From Bacillota bacterium (GTDB lineage: Bacteria > Bacillota > Clostridia > Christensenellales > SZUA-584), in assembly GCA_023460085.1 (NCBI GenBank), contig JAEWRI010000046.1:202750-266749 (forward strand): DNA of 64,000 nucleotides. The letters run 5' to 3'. A program made the position numbers and the translations under genes. Under the pieces are notes generated by a model. It was not told the DNA's origin. It saw nothing but the letters and a program-made list of their open reading frames with translations, and did no database searches. Shown here piece by piece: positions 47,898 through 55,384 of this stretch; position 1 is the first letter of the stretch, and every line of letters begins with the position of its first letter.

Positions 47898-49115
47898 TCA
47901 CACATGAAGCTTTGCGAATCGTTCCATGGCGCGCGCGGTGTTCTCCTGCGTATTGAACGCGGTCAGGCGGAAGTACCCCTCGCCCGCGCTTCCAAAGCCC
48001 GCGCCCGGTGTTCCGGCCACACCCGCGTCCAGCAGCGCGTCAAAGAAGTCCCACGAGGGCATGCCGCCCGGCGTCTTCAGCCAGATGTAGGGCGAGCTGA
48101 CGCCGCCGTAACACGCGATGCCCAACGCCGTAAGCCCTTCGCGGATGAGCTTTGCGTTGCCAAGGTAATAGTCGATGGTATCCCGAAGCTGCGCCTTGCC
48201 TTCTTCGGAATAGCAGGCCAGCGCGCCCTTCTGCGTCACATACGGCACGCCGTTGAACTTCGTGGTGTGCCGACGGTTCCACATCGCGTTGAGGCTGTGC
48301 AGATTGCCGTCCTCGTCCGCGCCCTGCAACTCCCGCGGGATGACGGTGAACGCGCAGCGCGTACCCGTGAAGCCTGCTGTCTTGGAGTAGCTGCGGAACT
48401 CGATGGCCACTTCCTTCGCGCCCTCAATCTCGTAAATGCTGTGCGGCACGTCGTCCTCGCGGATAAACGCCTCGTACGCCGCGTCAAACAGTATGAGCGC
48501 GCCGGTTTTGCGCGCGTAATCCACCCATTCCTTCAGCTCGGCGGTATGCAGCACCGTACCGGTGGGATTGTTGGGATAGCACAGGTAGATGATGTCCACG
48601 TCGCGCTGCGGCAACGCGGGCTTGAAGCCGTTCTCCGCGGTGCACGGCAGGTAGGTGATATTGCTGTATTGGCTGGTCGCTTCATCGAAGTCGCCCGAAC
48701 GGCCCGCCATCACGTTGGTATCCACATACACGGGGTAAACCGGGTTCAGCACGGCGATATCACACATGGGAGAGAACAGCTCCTGAATGTTGCCCGTATC
48801 GCACTTCGCACCGTCCGACACAAAAATTTCGTCGGGCGCGATGCCAAGGCCCGCATAGTCGCTGCCCGCGATGGCCTCGCGAAGCCAGTCATACCCCTGC
48901 TCCGGCCCGTAACCGTGAAAGCCTCCCTGCGATGCCATATCATCCACGGCCTTGTGCATTGCCTCGGTAACGGCCTTGGGCAGCGGGCGCGTCACGTCGC
49001 CGATGCCCAGCTTGATAATATCCTTGCTTCGGGGATGCGCCGCGATTCGTTTTGCCATCTCAGAAAACAGATAGCTGCCGCGCAGCCGGGTATAGTTGTC
49101 GTTGATCAGTACCAT
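47898..49115 (-). CDS. dapL: LL-diaminopimelate aminotransferase
   Basis: 405 aa. N-terminal [15 protein letters not shown] pattern. PLP-lysine context [13 protein letters not shown]. Full-length DapL-type fold-I aminotransferase. Confidence 0.85.
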   Translation of the reverse strand: MVLINDNYTRLRGSYLFSEMAKRIAAHPRSKDIIKLGIGDVTRPLPKAVTEAMHKAVDDMASQGGFHGYGPEQGYDWLREAIAGSDYAGLGIAPDEIFVSDGAKCDTGNIQELFSPMCDIAVLNPVYPVYVDTNVMAGRSGDFDEATSQYSNITYLPCTAENGFKPALPQRDVDIIYLCYPNNPTGTVLHTAELKEWVDYARKTGALILFDAAYEAFIREDDVPHSIYEIEGAKEVAIEFRSYSKTAGFTGTRCAFTVIPRELQGADEDGNLHSLNAMWNRRHTTKFNGVPYVTQKGALACYSEEGKAQLRDTIDYYLGNAKLIREGLTALGIACYGGVSSPYIWLKTPGGMPSWDFFDALLDAGVAGTPGAGFGSAGEGYFRLTAFNTQENTARAMERFAKLHV

Positions 49116-49129
49116 GCGGTTTCTCCTTC

Positions 49130-49400
49130 TATTTAAAAAGTAATCTGATATCGTTTCTTCCCCCTCGGAAACAGCCGCCCCTCAAAGCCGAAACGCCACG
49201 TAACCCCGGGCAGACCACCAACCGCAACGGTCTCCGCAGTGGGGCCTGACGCGTATCCCGTCCGGCATGACGACCCATCCCCTTCATTCTAGCGTCCGAG
49301 CCGCCCCGCGTCAATATTGCCCCCGGCACTCGCTGTCGATGTTTCCCGTTTATTACCATACAATTCCATCCTCAACCTGGTTTTGCCCTGTTTCGTTTTC
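49130..49400 (-). promoter_or_regulatory. Long GC-rich structured 5' leader of dapL (candidate riboswitch, possibly lysine-type)
   Basis: About 270 nt without a credible ORF between a TATAAT box (minus strand, 49431-49436) and the dapL RBS. Many complementary G/C segments. Partial resemblance to the L-box core (GAAGGGGA..GUCG..GCCGGA). Not confirmed. Confidence 0.3.
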
Positions 49401-49447
49401 CCAAAAAGCGTTTATATGAAGCATAAGCGTATTATAAGGAAACGTGT

Positions 49448-50230
49448 ATGGAATGGTTTATCGGAATTTTTGTATTCATGATCGGCATTGTGATTGGCAG
49501 CTTTCTGAACGTCTGCATCTACAGGGTGCCGCTGGGCGTCTCCATTGCCAAGGGGCGCTCCGCATGCCCGCAGTGCGGCGCGACGCTGACTGCGCTCGAT
49601 CTGGTGCCGGTACTCAGCTACCTCGCGCTGCGCGGTAAGTGCCGCCATTGCGGCGCGCATATTTCGCCCATATACCCTGTTGTAGAGGGCGCAACGGGCG
49701 TGCTGTTTCTGCTGCTTTATTTGAAAACGGGGCTGAGCTGGGATCTTCCGGTGTATGCGGCGCTTGTCTCGCTGCTCATTGCCATCGCCTTTGTTGACTA
49801 CAAACACATGATCATCCCGAATGGCTTTGTGATAGCGGGGCTGATCATCGGCATCATCAAGCTGGCAGTCTCCATATTCACGGATGCATTTGGTTCCTGG
49901 ACACTGTACGCCATCGGCTTCGCTGCGGGCGCGCTGCCGTTGCTGCTTGTGATGGTCTTCTGCGCATTGATCTTGAAAAAGGAAGCCGTCGGCGGCGGCG
50001 ATATCAAGCTGATGGCCTTCGCGGGGCTGATACTGGGCTGGCAGCTCATCATTCCCGCATACCTCATCGGTGTTGTAGCCGGGGCTGTCGCCGGATTGGC
50101 GCTGATGGCGGCAGGAAAGAAGCGGCGCGGCGATGAAATCCCCTTCGGCCCCTTCCTGTGCTTTGGCATACTCGTCAGCGTATTCTTCGGCAACGAGCTC
50201 ATCCTTTGGTACCTGGGGCTGCTGAGATGA
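49448..50230 (+). CDS. pilD: Prepilin peptidase (A24 family, PilD)
   Basis: N-terminal Cys pairs CPQCG/CRHCG. Catalytic Asp contexts AFVDYKH and GGGDIKLMA. 260 aa, polytopic. Confidence 0.85.
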   Translation: MEWFIGIFVFMIGIVIGSFLNVCIYRVPLGVSIAKGRSACPQCGATLTALDLVPVLSYLALRGKCRHCGAHISPIYPVVEGATGVLFLLLYLKTGLSWDLPVYAALVSLLIAIAFVDYKHMIIPNGFVIAGLIIGIIKLAVSIFTDAFGSWTLYAIGFAAGALPLLLVMVFCALILKKEAVGGGDIKLMAFAGLILGWQLIIPAYLIGVVAGAVAGLALMAAGKKRRGDEIPFGPFLCFGILVSVFFGNELILWYLGLLR

Positions 50231-50973
50231 AGCGGTTACGTTCTGAAAAAGGCTTTACGCTGTTAGAAACCCTCCTCGCGATTGCCATCATTGCGGCGAT
50301 CGCGCTGCCGCTTTTTTCAATCTTTCTGCAGTCCGTCAAAACCCAGCAGGCCGCTAAGGGCATACTCAGCGCGAACTACATCTCGCAGGATTATATCGAA
50401 AAGCTGGATACGATGACCTACAGCGATGCGCTGTCGACACTGCCCAGCCGTACCTACACCAACGGGTATTACCTCAGCGCCGCGATCGAACCGTACGGAT
50501 CGGGAGGCGGGCTGTTCGATGGTTCCTGCGACTACGCGCAGCTGTTGTTTTATGACGACGGGCGCATGCTCGCGGTGCTGCCCGATGGGAAATGGCATCT
50601 TTATTCCGCGGTTCCGGCAACCATCTTGCTAAGCTCCAGCGGCGCGTCCTACTCCTTCATGGCCGGCGGCGTTACGCTGACCGGAAGCATGGAAAGCCTG
50701 AACTGTGTGGTCGTCATCAACGCCATGGCCAAGCCCTCCGGCACCGCGTGCAATATTACGCTGAACTCCGCTTTTAAGGCGCTGCGTTATTGTCTGAAAT
50801 ATGACGCGGCGGATATTGCGCTGGCGGGTACGGGCGAGACCTACTGCGATCTGATGGCAGGCGATACGTCTCTCGTCCATGTGACGACGCGTGTTTACGA
50901 GGATGCGGCGGGCGGCACGCCGGTCGCCACCGCGGAAGGCTATATCAGCATCAGGAACTGGAATGAAGACTAA
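50227..50973 (+). CDS. Type IV (pseudo)pilin with prepilin cleavage/methylation motif
   Basis: Start set to MKRLRSEKG|FTLLETLLAIAIIA (ATG 50227 overlaps the pilD stop codon). Classic G-FTLxE class III signal. Confidence 0.7.
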   Translation: MKRLRSEKGFTLLETLLAIAIIAAIALPLFSIFLQSVKTQQAAKGILSANYISQDYIEKLDTMTYSDALSTLPSRTYTNGYYLSAAIEPYGSGGGLFDGSCDYAQLLFYDDGRMLAVLPDGKWHLYSAVPATILLSSSGASYSFMAGGVTLTGSMESLNCVVVINAMAKPSGTACNITLNSAFKALRYCLKYDAADIALAGTGETYCDLMAGDTSLVHVTTRVYEDAAGGTPVATAEGYISIRNWNED

Positions 50974-51379
50974 GCGCGGATTTACATTGATAGAAGCTCT
51001 CCTGGCGCTGGCGCTCTTAACGGTCACAGCGGGGCTGATGTATACCTTTTTCTTTCAGGGCTTCACGCTGTACACCTCGGAGACAAAGACCGCAGCGGAG
51101 CAGGCGTCCCTGCGGCAGGTGCTTTCCGACATCACGAACCGCGTAAGGCTGACTGATAAGGATGACATCCGCTATACCGACGGCGTTCTGTGCATTCAGG
51201 ATGCGCGGTATACCTACGACAGCGCGGAGCATCGTGTACAGCGCGGCGACAGCATACTCGCGGATAACATCGCGGCGTTCCGCGTGACACTGAGTGACGA
51301 CCTGCTCGAGATCCGCATCGAAAGCACCTCGGGTACCGTCATGACCACCTCGCTCTCGCTGGTGGACTCAGGCGGATAA
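50963..51379 (+). CDS. Type IV (pseudo)pilin with prepilin cleavage/methylation motif
   Basis: Start set to MKTKRG|FTLIEALLALALL (ATG 50963), overlapping the upstream gene end. Confidence 0.7.
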   Translation: MKTKRGFTLIEALLALALLTVTAGLMYTFFFQGFTLYTSETKTAAEQASLRQVLSDITNRVRLTDKDDIRYTDGVLCIQDARYTYDSAEHRVQRGDSILADNIAAFRVTLSDDLLEIRIESTSGTVMTTSLSLVDSGG

Positions 51380-51477
51380 CAGATTGAACGGATTTTGTAC
51401 AGCGGGCAGCTTACTCCTGAGGCAATGCATCGGAAGGAAGACAGAATTACCGGATGATGTACAGGAAGGTGTATGGT

Positions 51478-52941
51478 ATGAAAAAAAAGGTGAAAAGAAA
51501 TCGCAATGGCTCTGCAATCATCATGGCGATGGTGACGATGATGGTACTTCTGCTGCTGGGGCTTGCCGTCGCAACGGTATCGATGGGCACGCTCCGCACC
51601 AACGTAGCGGATGCCGTCAACAACGACGCCTACTACGCAGCGGAGTCGGCCGTCGCCAGCGCCATCGAACAGCTTAAATACGAAGTCTCGGCATATTACG
51701 CCGACATGCTGGAGGCCAGTAGCAGCGAATGCGGCACGCTGTATTCGGCGTTCTTTGAAGGCATTAATCAAAACGCGAAGTGGAATTTTCACGAACCTTC
51801 TTTCAATGGAATCATCACCTCCACCACGTTCACCACGGGCAGCTACGACAGCGAAGACGAGGTCTGCGAATTTCTCGTATCATGCACGGCCAAAGCGGAC
51901 AACGGCACACGCTACCGCGTGGACGGCGCGCTGTACGTCAAGAAGGTGGATGTGCGCACAACCAGCGCCGTCTGGCTGGAGATCGATGATGCGGCACTCA
52001 AGGCGGGGGGCACGATCGCGCTCGGCAGCACCAACGGCATGAGCATATCAGGCGGCAACGTCTACACCTCCGCGCTCACCTATACGCGCTCCTGGCTGCC
52101 CTACAACATTTCAGGCGGCCAGTTGATCCTCAGTCCAGGGGTGGCCGCCACCATCAACGACTGCCTCACCTACCCCTCCTATTCGGACCCGGTGATGAGC
52201 GATATCGATCTGTACTGCACCGCCAATACCACGGTCAACTGGTCCAACGTACCCGCCGCCACCGTAGGCATCACCACCGCGCCGGGTGTGACGTTGACCG
52301 TAACCTCCTGCACCGTGCCCGCCGGCATCATCTACGGACGGGGCAATACGGTAATCAAGGACTGCAATGTATATTCCGATGTATACAGCGACGGAACCCT
52401 CTCCATCAGCAACCAGAGCCTGTACGGAGACGTTCATTGCCGCGGTAACTTAACCATCAGCAACTGCACCGTGTATGGCGACGTGTACTGCGACGGCACC
52501 GTAACGTTCTACAGCGCCGCGCTCAAGGGCTCCATATTCTCCTCGGGCGCCATCAAGATGAACGATGGCTCGATGACGGGCAGCCTGCTCTCCATGAGTA
52601 CGGTCACGGTATCCAGCGCGAGCATCGTCAAGGGCATCGTCTATTCTCACACCAAAATCTACTGCGGCAACATGAGCGCAAGCGCCGTATTTTTCTCCGG
52701 CGGGGATATCGAGATTACCGGCAGCATGTCGCTGTCGGGTGCGATGATCGCCAAGGGCAACATCGGCTTCGGAGGGGAAAGCTCTCGCTGGCTCACCATC
52801 AGCTACTCGCATTCCAAGATACAGGATGTCATGTCCAACGAAAACAACGCCGCCATGTTCAGCATCAGCGGCGGCCAACCGAAGCTGGACGAGGACGTAT
52901 TCGTGCGGCAGAGCATCACCGCACAAGGCAGACTATCATAA
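51478..52941 (+). CDS. PilX-N-like membrane-anchored protein with beta-helical repeat C-terminal region
   Basis: Start set to MKKKVKRNRNGSAIIMAMVTMMVLLLLG (PilX_N-like, no G-F-T-L-E). The C-terminal half carries degenerate ~17-20-aa repeats (GDVHCRGNLTISN / GDVYCDGTVTFYS / GSIFSSGAIKMND / GSLLSMSTVTVSS / GIVYSHTKIYCGN), as in bactofilin/polymer-forming beta-helices. Confidence 0.55.
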   Translation: MKKKVKRNRNGSAIIMAMVTMMVLLLLGLAVATVSMGTLRTNVADAVNNDAYYAAESAVASAIEQLKYEVSAYYADMLEASSSECGTLYSAFFEGINQNAKWNFHEPSFNGIITSTTFTTGSYDSEDEVCEFLVSCTAKADNGTRYRVDGALYVKKVDVRTTSAVWLEIDDAALKAGGTIALGSTNGMSISGGNVYTSALTYTRSWLPYNISGGQLILSPGVAATINDCLTYPSYSDPVMSDIDLYCTANTTVNWSNVPAATVGITTAPGVTLTVTSCTVPAGIIYGRGNTVIKDCNVYSDVYSDGTLSISNQSLYGDVHCRGNLTISNCTVYGDVYCDGTVTFYSAALKGSIFSSGAIKMNDGSMTGSLLSMSTVTVSSASIVKGIVYSHTKIYCGNMSASAVFFSGGDIEITGSMSLSGAMIAKGNIGFGGESSRWLTISYSHSKIQDVMSNENNAAMFSISGGQPKLDEDVFVRQSITAQGRLS

Positions 52942-52951
52942 GGAGAACGCT

Positions 52952-53989
52952 ATGATCAGGCAAACCCCAACCGTGGCCATCGACATCGGCCATTCGAATC
53001 TCAAGATGGTTCATACCGCGCCGGACGGCCGCATACTCCGCTTTGTGGTGCATAAAATGCCCGAGGGCTGCGTGGAGGACGTGAGCATACTTTCGGAAGA
53101 CGCGCTGATAAGCTCACTGAAAAACGCGCGGCACACCGCACACCTGACGGCAGGCAAGTGCAATCTGGTGCTGAGCGGCAGCGACATCATTATCCGCCAT
53201 TTCACGCTGCCCGTGCTGCCCGAAGACGAGCTGTACCAGAACATCATCAACGAGATGTCCGGCTACCTGCCCGTTGATCCGGACAAGTACTGCATCGATT
53301 ATAAGATAGCCGGACGTGTACAGGAGGACGGCGTGGACATGTACCGTGTGCTCGTCACCACGGCCCACCGGCGGATCGTCAGCGGATACCGCAAGGCGCT
53401 GCGCCATGCGGGGTACGGCATCCGCGTCATTGATACCTGCGAAAACGCCATTGAAAAGCTGCTGCGCATCCGCTTCGAGAAGGAAGGCCAGTTCTGCGCG
53501 GATGAGGGCATTGCCGTTATCGACTTTGGCACGGCACACACCCGCGTACACCTTTACTATAAGGGCAGCTTCTTTGTGAGCAACGTCATCAAGCGGGCGG
53601 GAGAAAAAATTACCGAAGCCATTTCTCAGACGTCCGGCAAGGATGTGCTGACCGCCGAAACGATGAAGCGCGAAAACGACTTCCTGAGCGGCAGTCATAA
53701 GAACACCGATATCACCGCGGCAGTTACCTACGAGGTGGACTCGCTGCTGTTTGAGATTGCGCGCGTATTTGACTATTTTAAAAACCGCACCAAAAAAATG
53801 GTGGGCGCGATCTACATTGCAGGCGGCGGGTCGCTGCTCCCCGGTCTTCCGGAATATTTGTCGATGCATTTGAAGATGCCGGTTCGCTTTGCGAGCGAAC
53901 TGATGGTACTGCCCGGCAACGTGGACCCCAAGGGCTTTTCTTTCATGCTCAACGCCTATGCCGCCACCTTCAGGGAGGATGCCAAATGA
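52952..53989 (+). CDS. pilM: Type IV pilus assembly protein PilM (actin-like ATPase fold)
   Basis: Start set to MIRQTPTVAIDIGHSNLKMV (ATG 52952, AAGGAGA RBS). VIDFGTAHT and IYIAGGGSLLPGL phosphate-binding motifs. Confidence 0.8.
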   Translation: MIRQTPTVAIDIGHSNLKMVHTAPDGRILRFVVHKMPEGCVEDVSILSEDALISSLKNARHTAHLTAGKCNLVLSGSDIIIRHFTLPVLPEDELYQNIINEMSGYLPVDPDKYCIDYKIAGRVQEDGVDMYRVLVTTAHRRIVSGYRKALRHAGYGIRVIDTCENAIEKLLRIRFEKEGQFCADEGIAVIDFGTAHTRVHLYYKGSFFVSNVIKRAGEKITEAISQTSGKDVLTAETMKRENDFLSGSHKNTDITAAVTYEVDSLLFEIARVFDYFKNRTKKMVGAIYIAGGGSLLPGLPEYLSMHLKMPVRFASELMVLPGNVDPKGFSFMLNAYAATFREDAK

Positions 53990-54591
53990 AAAGCGACATC
54001 AATCTGCTGCAAAAGAAGAAAGGCAAGCAGTATTCCGCGCAGAAGATAGCGCTGATGCTGGTTTTCCTCGTGTTTTTCGCGGGGGCTGTTTACGCGGGCT
54101 TCACGCTGCCGCAGAACGCGCTCACCGCCGCCCAACTGAAAGCCGCGGGGCTCAACCGGGAGCTCACAGGCTCTTCGGGCGCCGGAGACAGCCTGAGTGA
54201 ACTGACCCAGAACTACCTGACGCGCAGCGAGCAGCTGGAAGCGCTCACCGCCATCGACGGGGCGCGCTCCGATATCAACGGCTATCTGGAAGCTGTGGAA
54301 AAATCGCTGCCCACCAGCGCCAATCTCTCTACGCTGACACTCTCCGGCAAGGAAATGTCCATTACGGGCGTCGCGCTGAGCGATGCGGACGTCGCCGCGT
54401 TCTGTCTGCGGCTGCGCGAGACCGGCGCGTTTGCCAATGTATTTCTGCAAAACAGCATTGCCCTGGAGGATTACGGCGTCACCTTCTCTCTTCTGGCCGA
54501 ACTGCCCGCTACGCTGGACAGCAGCGGTATACTGCCCGAGGAAACCGAGGCCGCAGAGAGTGCCGCCACTGCGGAGGAAACAGCATCATGA
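53986..54591 (+). CDS. pilN: PilN-like pilus assembly protein
   Basis: ATGA overlap with pilM. N-terminal INLLQ motif, then a single TM segment and a periplasmic-type domain. Confidence 0.65.
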   Translation: MKSDINLLQKKKGKQYSAQKIALMLVFLVFFAGAVYAGFTLPQNALTAAQLKAAGLNRELTGSSGAGDSLSELTQNYLTRSEQLEALTAIDGARSDINGYLEAVEKSLPTSANLSTLTLSGKEMSITGVALSDADVAAFCLRLRETGAFANVFLQNSIALEDYGVTFSLLAELPATLDSSGILPEETEAAESAATAEETAS

Positions 54592-55253
54592 GTATTTCAA
54601 AACGGGAAAAAGTACTGATCATCGTCGTCGTGCTGCTTGCGCTGCTGGGTGTATACTATCTGTATTACCTGAAGCCGTGCATGGAAAAAATTGAAGACCT
54701 GAAAGTGGAAATCGCCAGCAGCCAGGCGGAGCTTTCCACCCTGGCCCTGCAGAAAAGCCAGCAGGGAACGCTGGAGGAACAGCTGGCGGAGGTGGACGCG
54801 GGGCTTGCCAAATACGCGGACGGCAGCGCGCAGGCGTTCGATCAGCCGCCGATACTCGTATACCTCAGCAAGACCGCCGGGGATAACGCCATCAAGGGCG
54901 CTATCTACTTTGACTTTCCGGTGCAGGTGGGCCAGATTCAACGCTGCCCCATCACCATCACGGTGACATGCACCTACGACGGGCTGCGGAAGCTGCTCAG
55001 CGATTTATCCAGCGCGCCCTATCTGCTGCGCGTCACCTCAATATCCGCCGGTTTGCCCACCGAAGACGACGGTACGGATGAAACCGCCTCCGGCGATACG
55101 TCCGGAAGCACCGAACCTCAAACGCCGCTCATTCCCAATGGGCTGGAGGTCAAGCTGTCGCTGGATTTCTTCTGCCTCTCGGGTGAAATCCCCGTGGATA
55201 CCGTATATGAATTTGATACCGGACGTCAGTACGGCGGCGATATCTTCTATTAA
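54588..55253 (+). CDS. pilO: PilO-like pilus assembly protein
   Basis: ATGA overlap with pilN. TM segment plus coiled coil (MEKIEDLKVEIASSQAELSTL). Position after pilMN. Confidence 0.55.
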   Translation: MSISKREKVLIIVVVLLALLGVYYLYYLKPCMEKIEDLKVEIASSQAELSTLALQKSQQGTLEEQLAEVDAGLAKYADGSAQAFDQPPILVYLSKTAGDNAIKGAIYFDFPVQVGQIQRCPITITVTCTYDGLRKLLSDLSSAPYLLRVTSISAGLPTEDDGTDETASGDTSGSTEPQTPLIPNGLEVKLSLDFFCLSGEIPVDTVYEFDTGRQYGGDIFY

Positions 55254-55270
55254 TGGCATAAACCAAACCG

Positions 55271-55289
55271 GGGCCTTCGGGCCCTTTTT
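55271..55289 (+). terminator. Rho-independent terminator after pilO
   Basis: GGGCC-ttcg-GGCCC followed by TTTTT. Confidence 0.7.
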
Positions 55290-55332
55290 CTTTGCAGCCG
55301 CACGGCTTTCCCTTCCGCGAATCCCACATAAA

Positions 55333-55358
55333 CAGCCGCGGACCGATGCCCGCGGCTG
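55333..55358 (-). terminator. Terminator-like hairpin after the minus-strand surface-protein operon
   Basis: Perfect 9-bp stem CAGCCGCGG / CCGCGGCTG with an 8-nt loop. The minus strand continues UUUAUGU. Confidence 0.5.
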
Positions 55359-55384
55359 CTCTTCCATGCCTGGCGCAGACAGCG

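Noticed and set aside
47904-49136. 410-aa plus-strand ORF opposite dapL
   Set aside because: Shadow ORF. DapL on the minus strand has the PLP-lysine motif and full-length homology pattern.
49130-49400. dapL leader as SRP RNA, tmRNA, RNase P RNA or a T-box
   Set aside because: A GUCAGGCC stretch and a GGUGGUCUGCCCG stretch superficially recall SRP and T-box motifs. However, the flanking conserved elements are absent: no GGAAGCAGC for SRP, no specifier/AGAGA/GA-motif context for a T-box, and no tag ORF or ACCA end for tmRNA. It is kept only as an unclassified leader.
49448-55253. Interpreting the pil module as a ComG competence pseudopilus or a Tad locus
   Set aside because: The presence of pilM/pilN/pilO-like genes and a PilD-type (not TadV/CpaA-type small) peptidase fits T4aP-like systems. 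No ComGA/ComGB or TadA/B/C equivalents are present.
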